Source of the DNA: Escherichia phage saus132
Sequence record: NC_047884.1
Direction: 5' to 3' (one strand)
Length of the DNA: 64,000 nt
This document shows positions 1 to 9,248 of the stretch, in pieces. The position numbers were made by a program, and so were the translations under genes. Below the pieces are notes generated by a model. It saw nothing but the letters and a program-made list of their open reading frames with translations, was not told where the DNA came from and ran no database searches. Within the stretch, counting starts at the first letter, position 1, and each line of letters opens with the position of its first letter.

Positions 1-1445
1 TAGATGAAGTATTGGCTCCTTATGTTCGTAAGTCTTACGATAAGAATCATGCGTTTGCAAAACGTTGGACTAAGGATGAAGCCAAAGCATCTGTAATGGC
101 TACGGAAATGACTGAGAAAGAAGTTTACGATGCCTGTCAAGGTCTAGAGTATGAAATCAATACGATGTTCAACTCTAATGGTCAGAGTCCATTTATTACC
201 TTTGGTTTTGGTCTAGGAACTTCCTGGGAAGCACGTCTTGTACAGAAAGCAATCTTAGAAGTGCGTATGGATGGTTTGGGTATCAATAAACGTACAGCTA
301 TCTTCCCTAAACTGGTATTTGTTTTGCGTGATGGCGTAAATATGAAACCTGGTGATGTTAACTATGATATCAAGAAGTTAGCTATGAAATGTACTGCTGA
401 ACGTATGTATCCTGACTACATCAGTTATGATAAGGTTGTAGAAGTTACGGGAGACTACAAAGTCTCTATGGGCTGTCGTTCATTCCTGGCTGCTGCGGAA
501 GATGGTGAAACTTCTGGTCGTAACAACTTAGGCGTTGTTTCCGTAAACCTTCCTCGAATCGCTATCGAAGCGGAAGGAAATATTGATCTATTCTTCGATC
601 TGCTTGAGCTGCGTGTGGATACCGCGTTAAAAGCATTGGAGTGGAGGGTTGATCGCTTAAAATACATCCAAGCTAAAGCTGCGCCCATCCTCTATATGTC
701 AGGAGCCTTTGGATTACGTCTGGGGCCAGATGAATATGTGTTTGATCATTTCTACAAGCGTGCTTCTGTATCTCTAGGATATATTGGTTGCCACGAAATG
801 TTGCAGCTCATGTTTGGTAAAGATGTAGATACAATGTCTGAGTCTTGTATCAAGTTCGTTCAACGTGTGCTACAATACATGCGTGATCGTGCTGATCAGA
901 AGAAGGAAGAGACTCAATTAGGGTATAGTCTGTATGCTACACCATCTGAATCTCTATGTGATCGCTTCTGTCGTCTAGATCGTGAGTATTTCCCAGAGCA
1001 TGAAGATATTCTGGCTAAAGGATATTACACTAACTCTCATCACCTTGATGTGGAGCGTAAGGTTGCTCCGAACGTGAAGTTCGATTATGAGTCTAACTTT
1101 ACCCCAATTGCTTCTGGTGGGTGCATTTCCTATGTGGAATTGCCTGATATGAAACGATTCCCAGATGCGCTGGAGTGGGTTATTAACTATGCTGCAAGTA
1201 AAGTTCATTACTTCGGTATTAATACTCCAGTAGACTCTTGTGGGGAATGTGGATTCTTGGGTGAAACTATAGCTTCTGAGGATGGTTTCAAATGCCCAAT
1301 TTGTGGCAACCATGATCCTGAGACTCTTGAGGTAACTCGTCGAGTTTGCGGATATCTTGGAAATCCAGGTGCTCGTCCATTTAACCCAGGTAAACAACAT
1401 GAGGTTATGGGTCGAGTGAAACATCAGGACATTCGCGCTAAATAA
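1..1445 (+). CDS. nrdD: Anaerobic ribonucleoside-triphosphate reductase (class III, NrdD), 5'-truncated by window edge
   Basis: Reading frame open from window start (ORF track 12..1445); C-terminal Cys4 zinc ribbon (CGECGF...CPICG) followed by glycyl-radical motif RRVCGYLG. Confidence 0.85.
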   Translation, partial: DEVLAPYVRKSYDKNHAFAKRWTKDEAKASVMATEMTEKEVYDACQGLEYEINTMFNSNGQSPFITFGFGLGTSWEARLVQKAILEVRMDGLGINKRTAIFPKLVFVLRDGVNMKPGDVNYDIKKLAMKCTAERMYPDYISYDKVVEVTGDYKVSMGCRSFLAAAEDGETSGRNNLGVVSVNLPRIAIEAEGNIDLFFDLLELRVDTALKALEWRVDRLKYIQAKAAPILYMSGAFGLRLGPDEYVFDHFYKRASVSLGYIGCHEMLQLMFGKDVDTMSESCIKFVQRVLQYMRDRADQKKEETQLGYSLYATPSESLCDRFCRLDREYFPEHEDILAKGYYTNSHHLDVERKVAPNVKFDYESNFTPIASGGCISYVELPDMKRFPDALEWVINYAASKVHYFGINTPVDSCGECGFLGETIASEDGFKCPICGNHDPETLEVTRRVCGYLGNPGARPFNPGKQHEVMGRVKHQDIRAK

Positions 1446-1450
1446 TGAAT

Positions 1451-1484
1451 CAGCCAGGTTGCTAGTCGACCTGGCTTTTATTTT
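1451..1484 (+). terminator. Rho-independent terminator after nrdD
   Basis: Hairpin CAGCCAGGT-loop-ACCTGGCTT followed by a T-rich run. Confidence 0.6.
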
Positions 1485-1486
1485 AT

Positions 1487-1515
1487 TTGCTTTCGAGCTA
1501 AAACTTAGGTATAAT
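1487..1515 (+). promoter_or_regulatory. Early sigma70-type promoter
   Basis: TTGCTT, 17 bp spacer, TATAAT; upstream TTTATTTGCTTTC resembles the PN25 -35 region; RBS AAGGAGGG before ATG 1533. Confidence 0.5.
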
Positions 1516-1532
1516 TGTACAAGGAGGGCTAA

Positions 1533-2219
1533 ATGGTACGAAGGAAGTTAGATAAAGACACTATCAATAAAGATTTAGAGCCTAGAAGAATTAAGCTAAT
1601 AAGTGAGTATTCTGGAATCCTTAATAAAGGCACATTCATATGTAGTGTAGGTCATACATGGGAAGCTACTGTTAATAATGTAAGGAATAGCAAATCTGGC
1701 TGTCCAATATGCGCAGGTACTTTTAAACTTACTAAAGATTCGGTAAATGAAGGGTTACGTAGTAGGGGTATTACTCTTATTGGAGAGTATAAAAATAATG
1801 CTACTAAAACTCTTTTTGAATGTGAGCATGGGCATAGGTGGGAAGCCACAGTAGGCAATGTAAAGAATAAAAATTCTGGGTGTCCTGTGTGCGATACTGA
1901 TTGGAATACCCCTGGTTTTATATACATTATGTGTAGTAGTATGGGAACTAAAATAGGAATTAGTATCTCTCCTGAAAGACGGTGGAAAGAGATAGTTAAA
2001 AGCTCCAATATACTAGATTTATATATTTTTGGTGTCTATTCAATAGATTCTGGTACCAAATCTAAAAGTAGGTCTATCGAGAAACAGACTCATGAATATT
2101 TTTCAGAATATAGATTAAAGTATACAGGATTTGCTGGATGTACTGAATTCTTTGATATATCTCCCATAGCCGTAGAAAAGCACTTAATTAATAATGGGTG
2201 TATAAAGGTAGAAAAATAA
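1533..2219 (+). CDS. Putative GIY-YIG-like (T5orf172-type) nuclease with two N-terminal zinc-ribbon repeats
   Basis: Duplicated HxWEATVxNV...SGCPxC repeat; C-terminal GFIYIM...KIGIS segment; very AT-rich island. Confidence 0.5.
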   Translation: MVRRKLDKDTINKDLEPRRIKLISEYSGILNKGTFICSVGHTWEATVNNVRNSKSGCPICAGTFKLTKDSVNEGLRSRGITLIGEYKNNATKTLFECEHGHRWEATVGNVKNKNSGCPVCDTDWNTPGFIYIMCSSMGTKIGISISPERRWKEIVKSSNILDLYIFGVYSIDSGTKSKSRSIEKQTHEYFSEYRLKYTGFAGCTEFFDISPIAVEKHLINNGCIKVEK

Positions 2220-2284
2220 ATAAAGTACTTGCTTATATTACTTTTATTTGATATTATATTATTATAAATTAGAGAGGAGGGTGT

Positions 2285-2644
2285 ATGAAATTAAAACCAT
2301 TTATTGTTGTATCTAAACTAGGGCATTATCACGTAGGAGTAGATACAATTCAGGAAGCTATTTTTGCTGCTACAGGTGATTACTCATTACTAGAAGGTAT
2401 TGGGTATCCTACATTACTAGGAGACTTCGTAGAGCAAGAACTAGATATTACTGTCTATAATCCTATATATGAAGAACCTGAAGACTTAAAAGAGACTCTA
2501 GAATTTGTATACTGGAACCACTTACAAGTATTTAATGTTACCTCTAATGGCACAGAGGATTTCTCTTCTGCTATTAAGTATTATATTAAACAAGTTTACT
2601 ATGATTATTTCTATGAGGATATTGGAGCGGAGCTAAAAGTATGA
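2285..2644 (+). CDS. Hypothetical protein
   Basis: ORF with strong RBS GAGAGGAGGG upstream. Confidence 0.6.
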   Translation: MKLKPFIVVSKLGHYHVGVDTIQEAIFAATGDYSLLEGIGYPTLLGDFVEQELDITVYNPIYEEPEDLKETLEFVYWNHLQVFNVTSNGTEDFSSAIKYYIKQVYYDYFYEDIGAELKV

Positions 2645-2844
2645 AAAACGTAAAACATCTTAAGTATCGCTTAATTTACAACGGACGTATGGAAATAGAA
2701 GATCTAGCTCAGCTAGCGATCAATTCAGATGAAGTTACAGTTCGTGCTTTGTCCATCGAGAAGCTGCGTGCTTCTTACGAAAATCGTATTATGGAATTAG
2801 AGGAGAAACTTTATGGCATTCTCGAGTCAGAAGCTACCAGGTGA
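2641..2844 (+). CDS. Hypothetical small protein
   Basis: ORF start overlaps upstream stop (ATGA). Confidence 0.45.
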   Translation: MKNVKHLKYRLIYNGRMEIEDLAQLAINSDEVTVRALSIEKLRASYENRIMELEEKLYGILESEATR

Positions 2845-3058
2845 AAATGTTAGTCTTATTGATCTGAATAAGCTCAATCAAGAGTTTCAGGGAGTTTTAA
2901 TGAAGCACTGGGAAACTGGTTATAAGGATGGTGTTGAATCCTGTGCTACTATGCTAGAAGTTCTTGCTGATAACCTAGTGGAGAAAGGCAATAAAGAATT
3001 AGCTGAGCTGTTAGACAGTATTGGGCAAAACTTTAGAGAACAGGTGAAAAATGCGTAG
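2813..3058 (+). CDS. Hypothetical small protein (start uncertain)
   Basis: ORF in operon context; no motif recognised. Confidence 0.4.
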   Translation: MAFSSQKLPGENVSLIDLNKLNQEFQGVLMKHWETGYKDGVESCATMLEVLADNLVEKGNKELAELLDSIGQNFREQVKNA

Positions 3059-3902
3059 ACTAATCGTTGTTAGTGGTGCAGGTTTGAGTGTAGATAGTGG
3101 TGTTCGTGCTTTCCGTACTGATACTGCTAGTGGGAAATCCTTGTGGGATGAGTACGATCTAGAGGAAGTATGTAGCTTGCCTAACTTTGAAGCTGGCTTC
3201 CGTCGCTTCTGTGGTGAAGATGATCCTAACTACTTCAGTGCTCGTTTCCCTGGCATTGATGAAGATGGTAACGATCTGTATCTCAAGACTCATGAGTTCT
3301 ACAACATGCGTCGTCAGGAATTACAGACTGTTGAGCCTAACATTGCCCATCTGCGAATTGCAGAATGGTTCCAGCGTTATGGTGCGGATAGCGTGAAGAA
3401 CTTCACTACTAACGTTGATGACCTTCTGGAGCGCGCTGGTATCCCTCGTGATGAAATCATCCATGCTCACGGATACTTGAAAGAGGTGATCTATCGTCGG
3501 GGTCGCAATCAAATCATCGAAGATGTTGGATACACTGCAATTGTTCCTGAAGATTACGAATGGGTAAAACCAAACGTGGTGTTCTTTGGTGAAACAGCTC
3601 CGTGGTACATGGGTCAGATCAACCTGTTTGATACGCTTACTAGCAATGATATGGTTATTGTGGTGGGTTGTAGCAACCAAGTTATCAACTTCAACTGGGA
3701 ATTATTCCCTGCTGTATGTCGTGGAACTAAGATGATGGTTGTTAACCCTCAAGTTCGTTATGATGAACAGCTTGAGTATGAGAAACGTGGTGTTACTGTA
3801 TGGCGGGCTGGAGCTGCCGAAGTTTTTGGTAACAAGAATTTCATTGGTCAAGTAGAAGCCTTTATGGAAGGAACTATTTATGCACCGCAAGAGCATGTGT
3901 GA
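3051..3902 (+). CDS. Sir2-family (sirtuin-like) NAD-dependent enzyme lacking the zinc-ribbon cysteines
   Basis: Motifs VVSGAGLSVDSGVRAFR (GAGxS), TTNVD, catalytic HG, VVFFGE, VVGCS; no CxxC pairs between HG and FGE. Confidence 0.7.
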   Translation: MRRLIVVSGAGLSVDSGVRAFRTDTASGKSLWDEYDLEEVCSLPNFEAGFRRFCGEDDPNYFSARFPGIDEDGNDLYLKTHEFYNMRRQELQTVEPNIAHLRIAEWFQRYGADSVKNFTTNVDDLLERAGIPRDEIIHAHGYLKEVIYRRGRNQIIEDVGYTAIVPEDYEWVKPNVVFFGETAPWYMGQINLFDTLTSNDMVIVVGCSNQVINFNWELFPAVCRGTKMMVVNPQVRYDEQLEYEKRGVTVWRAGAAEVFGNKNFIGQVEAFMEGTIYAPQEHV

Positions 3903-4042
3903 TCTTTTAGTATGGCCGGACGGTAGTTGGTGCTACCGTTTCGAATTTGCTACCGATGACTTCTCATGGAAGAGTGATGATTTCTGCGTTATCTATGAGG
4001 ATACAGCAGAATGGAAAGAGTTCCTTATTAAGGAGGGAGAAT

Positions 4043-4228
4043 ATGGTGAAGAAGATTTTTAAGGGTATCTGGAAGGGTCTAGTATGGTTTGTCAACCTAA
4101 TTGGTATGATTACCATTTATTCTCTGTTCCTATCTGTTATGTGGGGTAAAGGTGAGCTGAAGGTTCCGGTTCCTTTTACTGATGAAGTTAAAGTCTGGAC
4201 GTGGGATGCTACTGGTGGAAATAAGTAA
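4043..4228 (+). CDS. Small membrane protein (61 aa)
   Basis: Strong RBS AAGGAGGGAGA before ATG 4043; single hydrophobic helix VWFVNLIGMITIYSLFLSVMW. Confidence 0.4.
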   Translation: MVKKIFKGIWKGLVWFVNLIGMITIYSLFLSVMWGKGELKVPVPFTDEVKVWTWDATGGNK

Positions 4229-4721
4229 TACTCCTGTGATTTTCCTGGATATTGATGGGGTACTCAATTCGAGCATCTCTCACCATCATGCTCTAGACAG
4301 TGAAAAGCTGTTCTTTGGCAGTGATTGGGTTTATAAGCCATTACTCCAGGTTTTTCAGAACTTTCTTAAACCCTCCCCAATAATGATTGTTGGGGTCTCT
4401 TCATGGTTTTCTGTACGAAATGAAATGGAGAACGTTCAGATTATGACCGGACTCGGTTTGATCGATCGTTTCCTTGGTACAACAGATTTTACTGGAGGTG
4501 GTTTATATCGGGGTAATTCTGTTTTACGTTTCGTCGAAAAACATAAGCTCAAGCATTGGTGTGTCTTAGACGATGCTGGTGCTATGATGTATCAATTTCC
4601 TACTGTTATTGTAAATGGCAGGACTGGAGTAAACCTTCAAGATTTAAATGCTATAAGCTATATGCTGGAATTTAGTCCAGATCTTGAAATGTGTAAGGCT
4701 CTTCAGAAACTTAAGGTATAA
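4206..4721 (+). CDS. HAD-superfamily phosphatase-like protein (start uncertain)
   Basis: N-terminal FLDIDGVLN (DxDGx motif I), later VLDD motif. Confidence 0.5.
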   Translation: MLLVEISNTPVIFLDIDGVLNSSISHHHALDSEKLFFGSDWVYKPLLQVFQNFLKPSPIMIVGVSSWFSVRNEMENVQIMTGLGLIDRFLGTTDFTGGGLYRGNSVLRFVEKHKLKHWCVLDDAGAMMYQFPTVIVNGRTGVNLQDLNAISYMLEFSPDLEMCKALQKLKV

Positions 4722-4723
4722 GC

Positions 4724-5152
4724 ATGTTCAATAATATTTTCATGAAAGAGGTAAATCCTATGCTCCTCAACTTCTGGCGTTCTCTCCCTAATGGTATGTA
4801 TAATGAAACCATCAATCTGCTTAAGATTTGGTGTGAGAATAATGATATCTTCTTATCCTTTAAAGGCCCACTAGAGGAAGCTCCATGTATTGGAGTTAGT
4901 GTGGATTTAGGTGAGGGAGTAGAAGAGATTGTAGACTGGAAAGAACTCGATGAAATGGGTCTGGTTTTTGCCTTAAATCATAAGCTGTTTATGCCTGCAA
5001 ATCACCGTCTTATTGTAAATTATCGCACTGGTGAAGCTCCTGCTTTCCAGGTAAATGAACGTGAGGGCTGGTCATATTCGCCCGAGGAAGTAAATGAGGG
5101 GATTCAGAAACTTCGTCGTTTCGGGTATATGATCCCAGGTTTAACTGCTTAA
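4724..5152 (+). CDS. Hypothetical protein, paralog A of a tandem pair
   Basis: Shares MGLVFALN...P...TGE...PGL pattern with the next ORF. Confidence 0.6.
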   Translation: MFNNIFMKEVNPMLLNFWRSLPNGMYNETINLLKIWCENNDIFLSFKGPLEEAPCIGVSVDLGEGVEEIVDWKELDEMGLVFALNHKLFMPANHRLIVNYRTGEAPAFQVNEREGWSYSPEEVNEGIQKLRRFGYMIPGLTA

Positions 5153-5161
5153 GGAGGCAGA

Positions 5162-5557
5162 ATGGAACAAGTATTTTGGCGTCAGATAGATCCTAGTTTG
5201 GTAGAGCGTGCTGAGGGGCTCCTTGCACGTTGGTTGGGGGTTGACAAGGTTAGTGTAACATTTCCGTTTACTTCTGTAACAGACCCTAGTGTAGGTGTCT
5301 TTGTGGACGAAGATGAAGATGATGGTTGGGAAGCTGACTGGAATGAATTGTCCAGTATGGGCTTGATTGTTGCCCTCAACTTCTCTATATTCCATCCACG
5401 TGGCTTAGCCATTACACGTGACCCCGAAACTGGTGAATCCCCTTATCTTTTGCAAGTAGAAGATGATATTTGGGAGTACACCGAAGATATTCTCGAAGAA
5501 GCTAAAGGTCAATTAAATCGCATTGGGATCTATGTTCCAGGCCTAAATGATGATTGA
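5162..5557 (+). CDS. Hypothetical protein, paralog B of a tandem pair
   Basis: MGLIVALNFSIFHP...TGESPY...VPGL aligns with the preceding ORF. Confidence 0.6.
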   Translation: MEQVFWRQIDPSLVERAEGLLARWLGVDKVSVTFPFTSVTDPSVGVFVDEDEDDGWEADWNELSSMGLIVALNFSIFHPRGLAITRDPETGESPYLLQVEDDIWEYTEDILEEAKGQLNRIGIYVPGLNDD

Positions 5558-5648
5558 TTTTCATTAGTCCAATCCTGATTACCGAGTCATTTTGGCTCGG
5601 TTTTCTCTGTGCTCAAAGACACTGATAGCACCTTCGGAAAAATTTTAC

Positions 5649-5678
5649 TTGCAGGATGCTCAAAATCTTGATATAATA
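5649..5678 (+). promoter_or_regulatory. Early promoter with extended -10
   Basis: TTGCAG, 18 bp spacer, TGaTATAAT, followed by conserved ATTTATATTGAATTGAGAGA downstream block. Confidence 0.5.
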
Positions 5679-6173
5679 TTTATATTGAATTGAGAGACAT
5701 TAGTAAAAATTGATTTTGCTAATTTTTCTTGTTTACAATCCGCAATACGGAACAGTTAGGCTGCCCCATTAAGGGTTGTTTTAACTATTACTAGTGTTTA
5801 TACTGCATTAGTTAATTATCAATTAAGTGATCTGCGTACCCTGAATTCGGAAAGGTAAATCCAAACCGTGCATATTTAGCTCGTTATATAGGCAGAGCTT
5901 TATATGGGGGTGCGAACGAAAAGAGCAGCGAATGGTGACACGTCCAGTAGCCACCTACCAATAGGATAGTGAGGGCAATCAGAATCGGCTTAGCGGCCAA
6001 TGACCTAGGTTCTGATCTGGATAAGAGTTAAGAGAGCGCAGCACTGAGGTATGATAACTTATTCATACTGCTTGATGATGATTAATGTTTGTGTAAATGG
6101 TAGTAATAGTTGTTCTATTCTTTTGAATAGTCCTAAAGAAAGATATCCGAATAACCAACATAGGAGTATTGTT

Positions 6174-8963
6174 GTGTTCTCAATCCTACAAGGTCACGCA
6201 GGATTTTCCAGAGATAAAGCCACTGGCATCTGGAAAGAGATCAAAGTGGAAGACTACACCTTTGCAAAGCGATTCTCTAAAGAGCATCCAGAAGGTAAAC
6301 CAGCTTCCATGCCCTTCAAATTTGATGTACTTGAAGAACTTGACCCGCAAAACCTTGCTGAAATGTTACCTATCATGCGTCGTCTTACCAAAGACCCGCA
6401 TATTGTAGCTATTCGTGGTAAATGTTTAGCTCCAAAAGATAATGTGCGTCGTACCAGAGGAAACTTTAATGTATCCAATCCTAGTCATATTATTGCTATG
6501 GACGTGGATGGTATTGTAGATACTGGTGGCTATGACAAGTTTAATCTTGTCGGCATGGCACGTCATATTATTAAGATGTTGAATAGTATTAGTGAGGATA
6601 TGTTTCCTCTTGATGCAGGGTTTATTGCTCATGCATCGTCTTCGGCTGGCTTAAAACCAGGTATCCGAATGCACTTAATGCTAGAATCTAATGTCAAGGT
6701 AACGCAGGGGCAATTAAAATTCCTATTTACATCCATCAATGACAGTAGTAAGCAAAAGTATGGCTTTGATATTGCTGACTTAGCTTATTATTCTTCTGTT
6801 CAGCTTCACTATTTCGCAGATCCCTTATTTGATGATGGTATAGTCGATCCGTTTAAAGCGGAGAATAAACCACGTCTTGTGTATGTTAAGGGTTCGAAAG
6901 TGAATCTACCCAATAACCTAGTTGACTTTGAAACAACTAGAGGTGAGTTTAAAGAAGAATTCTACTCCTTACTTGACCAAATTAAAGGCAAGAAGGCTGC
7001 ATCTGATAAAGTGGAAGAAACCATCAGCGAACTAGAAGAAGCTGAGGATGGGGTGTACCTGCGTATTATCCCAAAACTTTATCACAGAGCGTTAGAAGAT
7101 GGTGTTGACTTTACGTGGTTAGAACGTGAGATTAAACCAGCTTTATCTGAGTATATTGCGACTAAAGATAATAGTCGTAATATTCAAGATTACTTTAATA
7201 ACGGTCGTAAGCAGGCTCTCAAAGCCTTTGTAAATAACTCCAAACGTGAGATTCCACCAAACTTAAAAGGTGTACCATTAAAACGTCTAGACACAGATTC
7301 TCCACCAGAAGTTCCATACCTGAAAATTAACATTGTACCACCAAAAGGACATTTAACATTTGTTAAGGCAAGTCTTGGTACGGGTAAAACTACAGCAGTA
7401 ACTAAGTGGCTAGATGCAGGTGTTCTTCCAGGGAACTTTATTGCAATCACAAATACTAGGGCACTTGTATCTTCTAACGCGAAGAAATTCGGTGCTGGCC
7501 AGTATGATAAGTCAGTTGATATGCTGAACTTCAAACGTGGTGCTATTGATCGTATGTCTTCAACTATTCACTCTATCCATAAGTTCAAGAGCTTTGTGGG
7601 TCAGATTGATACGATCTTTATTGATGAATGTGATGCAGTAATGAACGATCTGTTATTCGCTCCGGTTGTTAAAAACCGTCGTGAATGTATTCAGGTTCTT
7701 CGTGATATTCTTATTACTGCAAAAACGGTGATCTTATCTGATGGGGATATCAGTGCAGAAACGATTGAAGCCTATGGTTCTTTGATTGATTTTGATAAAC
7801 CGGTTGCGTTCTATAATCATCACCGTAAAATGCTGGCAAAAGCTCATGCTTATGAATTCCCTGACGAATCCAGTATTTGGGTTGCACTTCAAACATCTCT
7901 AGAGATGGGTGAGAAGTCAATCCTAGTATCTGACTGTGGACCAGATGAACTGAATGAAAAGGGAATGGCATTACGTCGTAATACGGGTGCGTTAGTTAAA
8001 GAAATTCACTCAAACTCTACGTCTGATGTAGATATCCGTCGTATTCTGGATTATACAACTAATGAGCTAATTGATCAACAGATTGATTGTTTGTTATGTA
8101 GTCCATCTGTAACGAGTGGTGTTGACTTTAACTATTTTGATAACGTATTCGTAATCACTAGAACCTCAAACCAAGCGCCAAACATGCGTTTTCAAGCAAT
8201 CAGGCGCGACCGTGGTGCTCAGAACATTTATTATTTTATTGATAAATCTACGAGTGGATTTTCTGCGGGTTCCGAGCAATATAATATTGACGAAGGTTGG
8301 ATTGAGTTAGCCCAACAACTGTACGCACGTCGCCGTGAGCTGGAATCTAGAAACTATACCAGTACTTTGCGTTATTATCTTCTCGATCAAGGTGCAACTA
8401 TCGATATTTTCAGCGAAAGCTGGGGAACTATCGAAGGTGCAGGCAAAGAGTATATAGAAGAGCGAATCAAAGCTATTTTGCACTCAACTCCTGAATATTG
8501 CGCACCACGTCATGCAGACGCCTATGAAGCCAAGTTACTTCTGGTTCGCTATTATCATCTGGATTCTATTAAAGATGTAATAGTGGAACACGTTGAACAG
8601 TATATTAAGGATAAACCAAACGATAGAGCTGCATTCTTCCATAAGATGCACGACATGTTCTGGGAAGATATTAAAAAGTGTTCAAACGTAACAATCAAAC
8701 CGTTTATCGAAGCTCTTAAGAATAAGAAGAAGGATTTCTTCCTTAAGACAGGTCAGAGCGCTAACCCAAAATATGCTCGTATGTATCTTGGCATGATGGG
8801 TATCGGTAAAGATCTGGATACGGAAAAGATTGTGGACTGGTACAGAACTTACTGTAAGATCGAATGTATGCCGATTCCAGTTAAGTTTATGACAGATGAA
8901 GAACGTCAGATGCATGAGGAAGCTCTTGCTGAATTGGGGGCTAGAAATGACAGCGAAGAATAA
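6174..8963 (+). CDS. Putative replication initiator / origin-binding-type helicase-like ATPase
   Basis: Walker A SLGTGKTT, Walker B FIDECD; start placed at GTG 6174 (RBS AGGAG 7 nt upstream) instead of track start 6051. Confidence 0.6.
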   Translation: MFSILQGHAGFSRDKATGIWKEIKVEDYTFAKRFSKEHPEGKPASMPFKFDVLEELDPQNLAEMLPIMRRLTKDPHIVAIRGKCLAPKDNVRRTRGNFNVSNPSHIIAMDVDGIVDTGGYDKFNLVGMARHIIKMLNSISEDMFPLDAGFIAHASSSAGLKPGIRMHLMLESNVKVTQGQLKFLFTSINDSSKQKYGFDIADLAYYSSVQLHYFADPLFDDGIVDPFKAENKPRLVYVKGSKVNLPNNLVDFETTRGEFKEEFYSLLDQIKGKKAASDKVEETISELEEAEDGVYLRIIPKLYHRALEDGVDFTWLEREIKPALSEYIATKDNSRNIQDYFNNGRKQALKAFVNNSKREIPPNLKGVPLKRLDTDSPPEVPYLKINIVPPKGHLTFVKASLGTGKTTAVTKWLDAGVLPGNFIAITNTRALVSSNAKKFGAGQYDKSVDMLNFKRGAIDRMSSTIHSIHKFKSFVGQIDTIFIDECDAVMNDLLFAPVVKNRRECIQVLRDILITAKTVILSDGDISAETIEAYGSLIDFDKPVAFYNHHRKMLAKAHAYEFPDESSIWVALQTSLEMGEKSILVSDCGPDELNEKGMALRRNTGALVKEIHSNSTSDVDIRRILDYTTNELIDQQIDCLLCSPSVTSGVDFNYFDNVFVITRTSNQAPNMRFQAIRRDRGAQNIYYFIDKSTSGFSAGSEQYNIDEGWIELAQQLYARRRELESRNYTSTLRYYLLDQGATIDIFSESWGTIEGAGKEYIEERIKAILHSTPEYCAPRHADAYEAKLLLVRYYHLDSIKDVIVEHVEQYIKDKPNDRAAFFHKMHDMFWEDIKKCSNVTIKPFIEALKNKKKDFFLKTGQSANPKYARMYLGMMGIGKDLDTEKIVDWYRTYCKIECMPIPVKFMTDEERQMHEEALAELGARNDSEE

Positions 8964-9180
8964 AAAGTGGGAAACAAGGAAGTTTCCCGTAAAAGAACGT
9001 AAAACTTCTGTTTACGATACTGCGGAGAAACTATGTAGGGTTGTACCACCTCGTCTCGCGGGCATCCCTAACGTCTCCATATGGTTACTTAAACAACGGA
9101 AGACTCGTGTGTCTCTTCGCATTGGCTTTGAGTTAGATAAAGTCTATGCTGAACTTGCTTCTTTGCTCAAAGAATCGTAA
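8947..9180 (+). CDS. Hypothetical small protein
   Basis: ORF overlapping end of upstream gene; start set at internal ATG. Confidence 0.35.
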   Translation: MTAKNKKWETRKFPVKERKTSVYDTAEKLCRVVPPRLAGIPNVSIWLLKQRKTRVSLRIGFELDKVYAELASLLKES

Positions 9181-9188
9181 AAATTTAT

Positions 9189-9217
9189 TTGCTTTCAGAA
9201 AAATTTTTCTGTATAAT
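9189..9217 (+). promoter_or_regulatory. PN25-like strong early promoter
   Basis: AAATTTATTTGCTTTCAG-AAAATTTTTCTGTATAATAGATTCATAAATTTGAGAGAGGAG matches the published T5 PN25 sequence (from memory) almost base for base. Confidence 0.8.
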
Positions 9218-9248
9218 AGATTCATAAATTTGAGAGAGGAGTTTAAAT

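Noticed and set aside
5880-6050. Possible tRNA gene in the GC-richer patch (GGTTCTGATC resembles a T-loop)
   Set aside because: I could not fold a cloverleaf with a matching acceptor stem and anticodon arm; left as an unexplained non-coding region.
6051-6173. Start of the 970-aa ORF at 6051
   Set aside because: The N-terminal 41 residues are Cys/Asn-rich junk-like sequence with no RBS; GTG 6174 has AGGAG 7 nt upstream.
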